Shown here in pieces: positions 40,383 to 51,059 of a stretch of DNA of 64,000 bases. Numbering within the stretch: position 1 is the stretch's first letter; every line of letters starts with the position of its first letter. Below the pieces are notes generated by a model. It was not told where the DNA came from. It made no database searches and worked only from the letters and a program-made list of their open reading frames with translations. Source of the stretch: Lophium mytilinum (lineage: Eukaryota); NCBI GenBank assembly GCA_010093605.1, contig MU004183.1:1736001-1800000 (forward strand), in the 5' to 3' direction. A program made the translations under genes and the position numbers.

Positions 40383-40479
40383 TCAACAGGTCTATGCCAA
40401 TGGAGCGATGCCCTATGCAACTGAGTCAGCCAAGGTCATAGCATGATAGTTGTATAAAGCGAGAGAAACAAATAAAAAG

Positions 40480-40573
40480 CATATCAGGTGAAAGATGAAA
40501 AGTCTCGAATCATTGTAACACCATGAGGCCGAAGCCTTCAGTCTTAGCATGGAATGATTGTGTCATCATAGCG
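40480..40573 (-). ncRNA. snR53: Box C/D snoRNA, snR53-like (18S Am796 equivalent), with a second guide
   Basis: C box ATGATGA (40569-40563); D' CTGA preceded by ATCATTCCATGCTAAGA, complementary to 18S UUAGCAUGGAAU with the +5 position on the A; D box CTGA (40487-40484) preceded by CTTTTCATCTTTC, complementary to 25S GAAAGAUGAAAAG. Confidence 0.85.
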
Positions 40574-40715
40574 AGGGGGGGTACGAGGGAGCATGAGAGA
40601 CGCTTACCGAAACGGGACGGTCAGTATATGAGGCAACGGTCGCAAATAACATCTGCACTTTGAGAGAGTCAGCATCGTGTTCCAAAAGCAATCGCTCGAG
40701 AGAGTGCAGAGAAAC

Positions 40716-40794
40716 AAACGTATCAGATAATCGAACTTAGTTGATTCGTCATTAGATTCCGAATTTGATAGTACAAGGTTTGCTCATCATGTTG
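40716..40794 (-). ncRNA. Box C/D snoRNA (target tentative)
   Basis: C ATGATGA (40790-40784), C' ATGACGA, D CTGA (40726-40723); intronic; D guide ACTAAGTTCGATTA. Confidence 0.75.
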
Positions 40795-41159
40795 TGTATG
40801 TGTGGAGGAAGAAGAGCGAATAAGACGTACCTTGTGGCTTCAGGCACAACCATGCGGGTTAGCAAACAAAAACTACTTGGTGGGGCAGCATCATAAGCTC
40901 TAACGGACATTGCGTCGTCGACCAGCAGGTATCGACTGCTACTCCGAGATACGACAGGTCGCGCTGTGCAGGGGTGTTCTTCCTGTGGTTCGGCGAGAGC
41001 GCTTGTAGTATCCTGGCCCTTTAAGCAAGGCGCGTACGATTTTGATCGAATAGATTGCTCAGGTTCTGCGGCTGTGGGTGGAGGACGACGAGGAAATTTC
41101 TGTTCGCAGTCAGTTTCTGCGCACAACCAATAATGTGGAAAATTTGCGATTGTGATAGG

Positions 41160-41253
41160 TATCTCAGAAGATTCCGTTTGGCTTAGGATGGTCGATCATC
41201 AGAGGAGTAAACTCCATAGTATGATAGGGGCGACACGAATGCTCATCATCGAG
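41160..41253 (-). ncRNA. Box C/D snoRNA (target unresolved)
   Basis: C ATGATGA (41249-41243), internal hairpin GGAGTTTACTCC, C' TGATGA, D CTGA (41167-41164); intronic; contains TCGCCCCTAT, complementary to 25S AUAGGGGCGA. Confidence 0.75.
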
Positions 41254-41656
41254 GTAGGTACGAAGAAATTTCGGGTGGAGCTTACCTTCAGACTCGAGCT
41301 CGTCATCGCGGCCATTAGCGCACGAAGACGAGCACCGCATCACTACATCAAGCTGCCCAAGAAGTAGATGTAGCGTCGGTGATGCGGACGCGTGTAGTCG
41401 AAAAAGAGTGTTGTGTGTTGGAGAAGAAAATCAGAGATGAGGTCGAGGGTATTATTTCAGGCGCGGGTGGCCCGAGCGCCCCGAACTAGGCACGCTTAAA
41501 GAACTGGCAGGAACCTCAGCTTCACATATAAGAGCTCCCACGTCGCCCGCTATTTCTCGAGATGCGCGCCCCACCCACCACCATTTACACCTCTGCCCGT
41601 CGCGCATCTCGCTCCACCAACGTGCCTTGAACACAACCACTACACCTTTTCCAAAT

Positions 41657-42257
41657 ATGTCTGACCGGGAGTTTGGGGGTAAGCCTCGGAGAATTTCCAT
41701 TCCTTTCAACAGTCAAAGGAACTAACTCGCGTTTGCGCAGGGAATGATGAACTCTCACTTCCGAAAGGTATGCGACTGCTCCGGAAAGATGCCCCATACG
41801 CGCGACCATGCTGACGCCACCGATAGCCACGGTCCAGAAGATCATCACCGAGATTCTCCACTCCGATCCGGGCGTGACGTTTGCCAAAGACACGCGCGAC
41901 CTCCTCATCGAATGCTGCGTCGAGTTCATTACTCTCATTTCCTCCGAGGCCAACGAGATAGCGGAGAAAGAGGCGAAGAAGACGATCGCCTGCGAGCATG
42001 TCAAGGCAGCACTCGAGGAGCTGGATTTCGGCAACTACGTGCCCGCCATTCTGGAAGTAGCGGCGGACTACAAGAAGACCCAAGCTGTAGGTGCTTTCCT
42101 TAGCCTAGTGTAGAGGCCCCGCTAACATGCCGTGCAGAGTCGTGAAAAGAAACAGACGAAGATCGAGCAAAGCGGCATGACGGAGGAGGAGTTGATGCAA
42201 CAACAGCTAGAGCTATTCCGCTCTGCGACTGATAAATTCAACTCTGGTCCACAATGA
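41657..42257 (+). CDS. NCB2: Negative cofactor 2 beta subunit (Dr1); 3 introns
   Basis: MSDREFGGNDELSLPKATVQKII..RDLLIECCVEFITLISSEANEI..KKTIACEHV histone fold; C-terminal SGMTEEELMQQQLELF. Confidence 0.96.
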
Positions 42258-42774
42258 TTGGTTTCGGAGGGGCTGTTTGCTTGCACTGGCGTTTCGGGGA
42301 ATGCATTTTACATTTGGCGTAGGGACTGGGTCTTTCGGAGCGGTTGCAAAAACCGGCGTACAATATAGGCATAGCAGTGCCTGCGTGCAAGCGTATGGGC
42401 CGAACGGGCGTTTGGGCTATCTTGGGAGACGATGGTATTAGGACCTGCCTCTAGATTACTTCTTTTGATGCGACAAATGCAAATGGGTACTTTGCTTCGG
42501 CAGCTATACAGGAACCAGCCTCAGCGAAGCTAAATCAATGTTAAGTGAATGCCCCAAGCCTGGAGGCTGGAAATGAGATAGAACGTGAAAGTTACCATTG
42601 AGGGGCTGTCACATGGATGGAGCAGCGGATGACGTTGGCGCCATGACTTTCTTGAGGCGAGCCTCGCGTTGCGCGCCCGCAGCACTACCTACCTACCTTA
42701 CTACAAGGCTTCCTCCACCAACCGCTGTCCATAAAATCCCTCCCCTTCTACGACCCACAGACTTAACGCCCATC

Positions 42775-43479
42775 ATGTCCGGCCTAGAGAAAGCGCTCTT
42801 CAACCTCAAGTTCACCACGAAGCAGTTAAACCGGCAAGCAGCGAAGGCGGGGAAAGATGAGACCGCCGAGAAGGCCAAGCTGGAGAAGGTATGCGCTCTG
42901 CCGGACATGCGCTCTCATGACTCCCACTCACGAGACTCCCCAGGCTATGAAAGCAGGCCACAATGATATCGCCCGTATCTACGCCCAGAACGCTATTCGG
43001 AAGTCAAACGAGAAACTCAACCTCCTCCGGCTCGCTTCCCGTATCGACGCTGTCAGCAGCAGAGTGCAAACCGCAGTTACAATGCGTCAAGTTACTGGCA
43101 GCATGGCGAACGTAGTAAGAGGCATGGATTCGGCTATGAAAGCTATGGACTTGGAGAAGGTGCGCAACAATAGTCCATCACTTCGGGACGCAGCAGGCTG
43201 ACTCCGCATCTGTAGATATCCGCCGTGATGGATAAGTTCGAGACCCAGTTCGAAGACCTCGATGTTGCGACAGGATACTACGAGAATGCGACTTCATCCG
43301 CCACGGCCGTGGGAACTCCGCAGGAAGATGTCGACCGGCTGATGAACCAGGCAGCAGATAAGGCCGGCGTGGAGCTACACCAGGACCTGGAGGCGGCAAC
43401 GCCGGCGAAGACGAAGGTTGGCCCGACGGAGCAGGAGGAAGAGGGCCTGAACGAGAGGCTGAGGGCTCTGAGGAGCTGA
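42775..43479 (+). CDS. DID2: ESCRT-III accessory subunit Did2/Vps46 (CHMP1); 2 introns
   Basis: [53 protein letters not shown] and the MIM motif [10 protein letters not shown]. Confidence 0.96.
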
Positions 43480-43866
43480 TATTGCCTTCTGTACTAGTGT
43501 TGCTGAAGCCACGGAGTTTATGGGCGTTTTTCGGTGTTATGGTGATTCCTTTTGCACAAACGAATGCTACGAGGACCTTGACTTGTAGCCAAACTGCACA
43601 GTAATATTACCATCCTATAACTATCCTATGATGAGCATCGAAAAGAATTAGCCACTTGCCAGTGAATGTGAATGCGGGGTGTGAACGGGGGCTCGTGCGC
43701 TTTCTTTGGATCCGTTCCGTTCTTGGTCGCATTGCTGTACCACGAACAAACACCAACCATCACGCTTCAGTGTCTGCCATGCCCTGGGCACTTATTTTGT
43801 AGTTTTGTTAATAGTCTTATACACTGGAGCACATTTATCATCCTGTCTATCTCCAACATCGAGCCC

Positions 43867-44861
43867 ATGGCAGACCCAGCGCGGAAAGCACCACAGACGC
43901 CCACGGGAATGGACGAAGCCGAGTGTGTAGCCGCCCTCGCATACCTAGAGAAGCTGCAGGACCAGGTAGATCCCCTCCAAGTTTTCCTCTAGAAGCTGTC
44001 GCTGACGATGTACCAGCTTCAGGACCTCCGCCTCACAATGCCTCGCATCCTAGGGCCCCTCCGAACGCCTCACCCATCTCCCGCAGCCCTGTACCAGGAC
44101 TTTAGACACGCATCCATGAGCAGTGTGAACGACCTGAAGAAGTTCCGGATTACATGGCAAAGCCCAGAGACCCAGTCGCTGTTTCAAAAGGCCAAAGAGA
44201 GCCTGAAAGCAAATCCAAAACTTGAAGGGCACAACGATGTCCCCCGATATGGCTGGATAGAGGAAGCTGAGTCTGCTGGCGGACTTGGGTCGAAGAAAGT
44301 AGCAAAGGCCGATGATGGAGCTGGATCAGAGGAGCTTGAGGCCGAATATGCTGGTATTCTGGCGAAGTTCAAAGAGGACCATCCCAATCTTAAGGTCACC
44401 ATTGAGTCGGACAATCAGATCATTACTGTAAGACACACACTCTATCACTCCAGTCTCTATATTGACGGTAAATAGATTGGCTACAAGGTCTCTATGCTCT
44501 ATTTGAAGTTCCGCGTCGTTCGTACCAAGGAAGCAAATGGAAAAGGCAAACTCGACGTCGAAAGTTCTGGTGCTATGGCTCTGTCCCCGGCCATCACTCG
44601 ATGCTTGGCCTCACGGCCCAACCCAAATAGCCTGCGCAACTTGCTGGTGTGTTCTCCTTTCTAGTTTTTCCTCGACCGTGCTGATTTCCCTAGGAAATGA
44701 TTGCCGCGTACACCGATCTTAGAAAGACGCGCTGTGCCAAATGCACGAAGCTTGCCGATTCTTCAGGACTGACTCCCGCTGCTCGGCGAAGGAAATTTGT
44801 GGACAAGGGCGAAGCCGGATCTGAGGTTGTCTGGGAGTCTTTCCACGAAGGCTGTCTTTGA
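43867..44861 (+). CDS. MED27: Mediator subunit 27 (fungal); 3 introns
   Basis: ECVAALAYLEKLQDQLQDLR..P, then SRPNPNSLRNLLEMIAAY..C.KC.KL..PAARR..WESFHEGCL zinc-binding C-terminus. Confidence 0.8.
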
Positions 44862-44865
44862 TGGA

Positions 44866-45579
44866 CTACCCTAGCCCATTATGGTGATGGCCGAAGGGGA
44901 CATTACCCATATCGAAGTCATCGAAGCCATTGAACCCATCGAAGCCATCGAAACCATCGAAGCCGTCGAAGTCCTCATCGGAATCGTCCTCAGAGTCCGG
45001 CTCGTTTTGCCACCATTGAGCGTTCATATCCTTGAACGCGGATGGTCCTAGTCTCGTGTTTGGCTCCATCGGCCACCTTACGTCCATCCAAGCGTTGTCC
45101 TTGGGATAGCAATACTTGCGGGCTCTGAAGTTATACCTTACCCCAGGCTTCCGATGCTTTTGAGTCCACGGCATCCCAGGTAATGCTCCATCTGGCCCGC
45201 GAGGATCTACGTCGTTCCACCTCGCCCATCTTGGTCTTCTCTGTCGATTGTAGAGGTGATCTCCCTTGTCCGCACTGATTGTAACATGGATATCTGGACC
45301 CTTGTTTTGGAGAATGTCTTTCCATCGCCCAGAGGTCGTTCCACGTTTGCCGTCCTTGGGCCATACGAAAGCGTAGTGTGGCTTCACCTTGGGAAGCCGT
45401 CGACCCCCTTGATACCATCCCGACTGTACATCCAGTGGAATCGGAGGGTCTTGGAATATATGTCCATATCGGTCTCGGTACAACTGGCCAGGAATGTGGA
45501 ATGGCTTTCCTCGCGGGACATACTCGGCTGGCCTACGCTCCCACGGGATATCCACAGGAACGAAATTCGGGATGTCCAT
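44866..45579 (-). CDS. Hypothetical protein; probably has an additional 5' exon; C-terminal (FDG)n repeat
   Basis: 237-aa W/R/P-rich ORF with an in-frame CTGAC..TAG acceptor just upstream of it; no domain recognised. Confidence 0.6.
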   Translation of the reverse strand: MDIPNFVPVDIPWERRPAEYVPRGKPFHIPGQLYRDRYGHIFQDPPIPLDVQSGWYQGGRRLPKVKPHYAFVWPKDGKRGTTSGRWKDILQNKGPDIHVTISADKGDHLYNRQRRPRWARWNDVDPRGPDGALPGMPWTQKHRKPGVRYNFRARKYCYPKDNAWMDVRWPMEPNTRLGPSAFKDMNAQWWQNEPDSEDDSDEDFDGFDGFDGFDGFNGFDDFDMGNVPFGHHHNGLG

Positions 45580-46327
45580 CGAGTCGTTTGTTAAAATGCC
45601 GCTGCCGTCAACGTACTACGCATAAGACTCGATGTACATGTCAGAGGCGGGAAGCGACCGTTTGGATTTTTCTGCAGAAGGACACGTTGAATTGACGAAG
45701 AGCTATATACTATGTTCGCCTCACTTTCTCTAACATATTATCTACACGTTTGTACAAACAAGTTGCCTTCGGACCCACCGTGTCTAGTAAAGATTCTCAG
45801 TATCCCAGTACTTGTCCGAATGAGCGTCGACAAACAGTTTTCGAATGTGTTCAAACGGCCGCAATTGCGCGTCGAGTTTTGTGTTCTATGCGTGATCTCG
45901 GTATACATCTTGATAGGATCTAGATTGACTATGGCAATCATTTGGTTCATCCTGTCTTTGCAGTGTTGTCGACTAAGTAGACAGCGCAATATTCAATGGC
46001 ATGTTGAGAGATTCTGTAGCAGGCTCGATGGCAATTTCAAGACACTCGTGATACTACTCGGGGCTCCCCAACTGGAAGAACAGAGAATAAAATATGCAGT
46101 CTCAATTAACAGCGCAGGATTTGTAGAAGTGAATAAAATTCTCGCACTATCAAAATTTTGACTTATGTAAACGGCGATCCCGTTGCCTGGTTCGCTGGCC
46201 GAAGCACGGGTAACCGTGCAGCTCCAGAAAACGGACGCGATTGAAGTTCACCAGCTTGACAACTCACCTCCCACCCTCCTCACCCCACGGCAGCTGCAGC
46301 GCTCTTGGGAGACCCATCGCGCCGGTC

Positions 46328-49300
46328 ATGTTCTCTAATCTAGGTATCACCACAGGAGCACCGCCGTTTGGTAGCAATCCTGCGCCAACCTCTGGGCAAT
46401 CTGGTTCATCTTTGTTTGGCAACACTGGTACCTCATCTGCAGCAACCACCGGAGGCCTCTTCTCCAATCTCGGCGGCGCTCAGCAGGCCAATTCTTCTAC
46501 TGCACCGTCTACTGGAGGCCTGTTTGCACGCGTCCAACCCGCGAATACAGCCGCGCAAACCGCCTCCGCTACTCCTGGATTGTTCTCCAACTTGGGCGGA
46601 GCGACAAGCCAGGCTCCACCTGCGTCAAGCGCCGGGGGGCTTTTCGGTGGACTCAGTGGGCTAGGAGCTTCGACAAATCAACCTCAGCAACCTGCCACAG
46701 GGGCGTCAACTTTTGGGGGTTTTGGTAACCTAGGAGCCTCTACAAACCCGCAGCCAAACAACGCGAGCCAGCAGCAAGCACAAGAGCAGGATCCGTCTTT
46801 GACCGAATCTACGAATCCTACAAGAAAGAATGCGCATTTTGATCAGCTTCTGGAGCGCGGCAAGAAGAGGACCAACCAGGCTAATGGGGCGTCTCAATTT
46901 GGGGGCTTGCCAACTCTGCAGCTTGGGCTGGGAGATATCGCGAGGAAGGTTCGCAATCTTGGGACTGGTGGACCTTCGGCGTCGCAAGCGGCACAGGGCG
47001 ACGACAGTAGGGCGTAGGTTCAAAGTTACGCTCTGAGGCAGGAAGGAATCTAATTATTCATACAGACACTATGTTCTAGCCGCTTCTGGAATCTCTACCG
47101 GACGAACCCTTCGAGACCTCAATCAATTCGGCTCGCAAGTTGGATTAGGTGTCGCCGGAGCTACGTCTGCTCCTCTAGACTCAGATGTCGACAGCTATCT
47201 CTCCAATTTGCAGTCTCAATCTACGCTCGCATTGATCCAAGAAGGATTAGAACAATCGAAGCGCGACTTCGACACTTTCTTAGAGGACAATGTTCAGATG
47301 GAATGGGACGCGCAACGGAAGCGCATATACGAGCATTTCGGGCTCGGGAGACAAAGCGAGAACCTAGCTGCAAGCGCTGCGCCAGGACAATCCACTCGCG
47401 GTGCCTTCGGAAGGTCTTCACGCCGAGGAAACGGACTAGGGGCTTCAACCGCTGCTTCTGGGGGCATGTCATTCGGAGCCACTGGAATGCGGTCGGTCAT
47501 TGGAGCTCCCGCATTTTCTGGTCGTGGTGCGCCTCCTCAAGATTTCACGGAAAAGACCGCAGCTGGTACACAAGCTGGCCCAGAAGACAGAGTCGTCCGA
47601 GATAAACAAGAGAGATTCGCGACGAGCGTCCGAGAGCTCAACCAGGCCAGGCTTGTAAAGAGAGTCTATCCTGTGCTGACTAAATTTGCGGACGTTGAAC
47701 GACCAACGGGAATTGACGTGAGTTGCTGTCCGGCTACTACTGTCCAGACACTAATACTATTCCTACACAGAGCACCCAGAAGCTTGTTGACGCATACAAT
47801 GCGCTCATTGAGATCACCGAGGAGAATGCTAACGTGACGAATGTCACAGATGAGGGCGCTGTCAGAGAGCGATCTTTCACGAGGGCTTACCTTGCAGAGA
47901 ACAGCAATTCAGCAGACAGTTTAGCTATTCGGAAAGCTATTCTGAACGGGTCACGGAAGTACTTGGAGAAGAGGTAAGTGTGCGTGCAAAACTTGATGAT
48001 CAATGCTTACCTATTCCAGCTATCTTGAACAAGTTTCAAACGAAATCGACAAAAACCCTGTGGACGCTAACCCTGGCGGTATTCCTTCGATCGTGGCCAA
48101 GATCCGGGCCTATATCAGATTGAAGTCGTCCCGCAAAGAGCTTGGGGCCGACAGTGATCATCTAGCTCGCATTGGTGACAATGAAGATTGGCCCTGGGTT
48201 ATGGTCTTTCACCTACTGAGAGGAGGTCTACGCCAGGAAGCTGCCGCTTACGTCAACGACCAGAAACACCAACTGTTTTTCAAGGCCAACGACCGCCAGT
48301 TCATTGCCGGAATATCGCAATATGCAGCCAGCCCAGATCGGAAGCTGACAGGCAATACACAGCAGAACCTGAGCCACATATATGCCCAACGCTCACGAAT
48401 AGGCCCCGAACATGCTTCAGACCCGTACCGTATGGCTTGTTACAAGATCGTTGGACGCTGCGAACTCAACCGACGGAGTTTAGACCGTATCAACCAGAAC
48501 ATGGACGACTGGGTTTGGTTGCAGTTCAACCTCGCCCGTGAGAGCAGCCGTATTGAAGAGAGTGCTGGAGAATCTTTCGGACTAGATGAGCTGAGAGCCA
48601 GTATATCGGAGATCGGACAGCGCCACTTCTCGGCTGGATCTGACGGTGCCAATGGTTTCGGCGTTTTCTTCTTCTTGCAGATACTCGCTGGGATGTTTGA
48701 GCAAGCCATCAGCTATCTGTACCAACACAGCTACGTTTCTGCGGTTCATTTCGCGATCGCTTTGGATTTCTACGGGCTATTACGAGTTGCAAGCTTAGCC
48801 AGCGCTGGTACGGAGATTCGTAAGTAACGAGAACAGCCATACTTTGAGCCAAGTACTGACATAATACAGTGACTTTCACGACCCGGAATCTACCCCAGCT
48901 CAATTTCGGTCAGATGGTTGGATACTACACTCGTGACTTCCGGGCTGCTAAAGCTGAAGCGGCAGCCGATTATCTGACCTTGCTCTGTCTCAACGCTGAC
49001 CTCGATGGCGAAGCGGGGAGAGAGCAAGCACGACTCTGCCACGAGGCTCTCCGTGAGCTGGTACTCGAGACGAGGGAGTTTGCCGAGCTGCTTGGTGATA
49101 TCAGGGGAAACGGTTCCAGCATACCAGGAGCCATCGAGCAGCGACTACCCTTGATCAAGATTGAAGACAGGAGATCCTTCATGGCGAAGATCACAGTGCA
49201 AGCGGCTAAGATCGCTGACGATAGCGGAAGGACGACGGATGCAGTGCTACTCTATCACCTTTCCGAGGAGTTCAACAACGTCATTACTATCCTGAACCGC

Positions 49301-49994
49301 GCCGTTTCAGAAGCGCTCTCGGTCGACTTGGGCCAAGAAGCTCTGCGGTTAGAGCCCCTCAGGCCTCGAGCGAACGCGGGTCTCGTAGAAGGCCAGCAGC
49401 AGCCACCACAACCAGGCTCGAGCCTTAGCTTAGCGGCCATAGACGACCCTATCCAGCTAGCCACGAGCATGAACAACATGTACGAGCAGAACGAGGGGTA
49501 CTACAGCAAGATCTCGCGCGAAAATCGACAAACGATCGCAGTGCTGCTAGAGTTGAGCAAGGCGAAGAAGCAGGTCGAGGAGGGCAAATGGGCGCCGGCT
49601 TTGGATGTGAGTGTATTCCAGTTCCATATTGCTAGTCCAAAGCGCTCTCATACTAATGTATATCTAGACTATGATCGAAACGGATCTACTCCCACTACGG
49701 GCCCAGGGCAGACTATCTGAAATCCGCAGCTCGGCCACCAATTTCGGCAACTTTGCGCCCGAGGCGGCCAGGAACGTTGGCCACGTCCTCATGTGGGCCA
49801 TCATCTGCTGCGGCAAGCTTCGCGAGTACCTGCTTGGTGGTGCCTACGAAGACCCCACGAAGAGGAAATTGGCGGACCAGTGTCTCCAGCAAGCTAAGGA
49901 CCTCATGGTCTTTGCTGGGCTAATCAGATACAAGCTACCCCCAAGGGTGTTCGAGGTGCTGGCCAGGGCGGGCCAGGACGTTGGGGTTTATTAG
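46328..49994 (+). CDS. NIC96: Nucleoporin Nic96 with N-terminal FG-like region; 5 introns
   Basis: LPTLQLGLGDIARKVRNLG, FDTFLEDNVQMEWDAQRKRIYEHFGL, DPYRMACYKIVGRCEL, VSAVHFAIALDFYGLL and LMVFAGLIRYKLPPRV. Confidence 0.96.
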
Positions 49995-50913
49995 CGTGTG
50001 CAAGTCTCTACTACGGTTGGGACGGGTGCTTATGGTGGTCATCAGAGTCCTGTTGCTCTTCTCACACTAAAAAATCTGGCCCTTGGAGTGGCATGATGGC
50101 AGGATATCATGATGGTGTTTTGGTTGCATAGCATAGCTAAGCGCAGTATCGTGATTGGATTAGGCCGTTTATGGCAATTCCCAATTCATCGTGTCTTGGT
50201 AAATCAATGCAGCGAGCGAGTTCTCCAAAATCTTCAACATGGCTGACTGTGAGTGAGGCTGATGTCAGGTGCTCCTCGCGTGGATAAGAGCTGGCTAGGT
50301 GGTCCGACACAACTAGCAGCCGCCGGAGCATGCCATGAATCGTCCTCGCTAACCCACTCAATACTACAATACGTAAATGCTCCGGTGCTGAAAGGCTTGC
50401 TCGTTCAACAGAAGATTGAAATTGGTAGGGTGGGGTTCAGTTCGTTCAAGTGTCGTTAATGATATCTCTTATTCCACGGCCTACTCCATACAAAAGCAAA
50501 AGGTAGAAAGGCTTCATTCTCGATGTTTGCTGGTTGGTTCATTTACCTTGGTGACACGTAATTTTCCTCCCTTACTAGTACACTACGTACTCTTGATGCT
50601 CGGCAAGGACTTGCCATCTCGGTCCGAAGCAGCAGACTTTTCCCATCAGCTAAAGTGAACTTCAGCAGCGATGCAAGTGCCGCCCAGGGTAGCATCCATA
50701 TCGCGCTGTCCGACTGGCGACCCGGCCAACCGGCACACCCGGCGCGTTCGCACGCAGCCCTAACAGAGCTTGGCCTAGCTAGTGTTTACCCTTCTGAAGT
50801 TCTCCGAGGGATGGAGTAACGGCATGCAGCCGTGAAGGATTCTTGCGCCGCACTGACAAGACGCTTGGCATGGGCTTCACCGACGTCGGCGAGGCGCTAG
50901 CGTCATTTGGCGG

Positions 50914-51044
50914 ATCTGATAAGTGGAGCGCGCGGAAAATGCAGGGCTAATCAATCGGATTAATAAAGCTGCTGTTTCCCGCGCCAACGAAACGCCACGG
51001 TAGGCGCCTTCCAATCTTTGTCTAATCAGATCGCGATCTGATAA
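50914..51044 (+). promoter_or_regulatory. SreA-type iron-repression boxes ATCTGATAA (50914-50922, 51036-51044)
   Basis: Two exact ATCWGATAA matches plus an inverted near-match (CTAATCAGAT 51022-51031) directly upstream of a siderophore transporter. Confidence 0.8.
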
Positions 51045-51059
51045 ACCCCTCGAGAAACG

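Larger units (their letters stand above)
40413..41340 (-). ncRNA. Spliced non-coding snoRNA host transcript (4 introns), divergent from NCB2
   Basis: Minus-strand introns 41285-41100 (GTAAGC..CTGAC..CAG), 41037-~40838 (GTACGC..CTAAC..AAG), 40830-40653 (GTACGT..CTGAC..CAG) and 40607-40413 (GTAAGC..CTGAC..TAG). Tiny exons with no recognisable protein; transcript ends are approximate. Confidence 0.8.

Noticed and set aside
40722..40730. ATCAGATAA SreA motif
   Set aside because: Coincides with the snoRNA D box and guide on the opposite strand; no iron-related gene is adjacent.
46328..46740. FG-like repeats on Nic96 as a novel fusion
   Set aside because: N-terminal FG-like extensions are, to my recollection, usual for Nic96 in filamentous ascomycetes.
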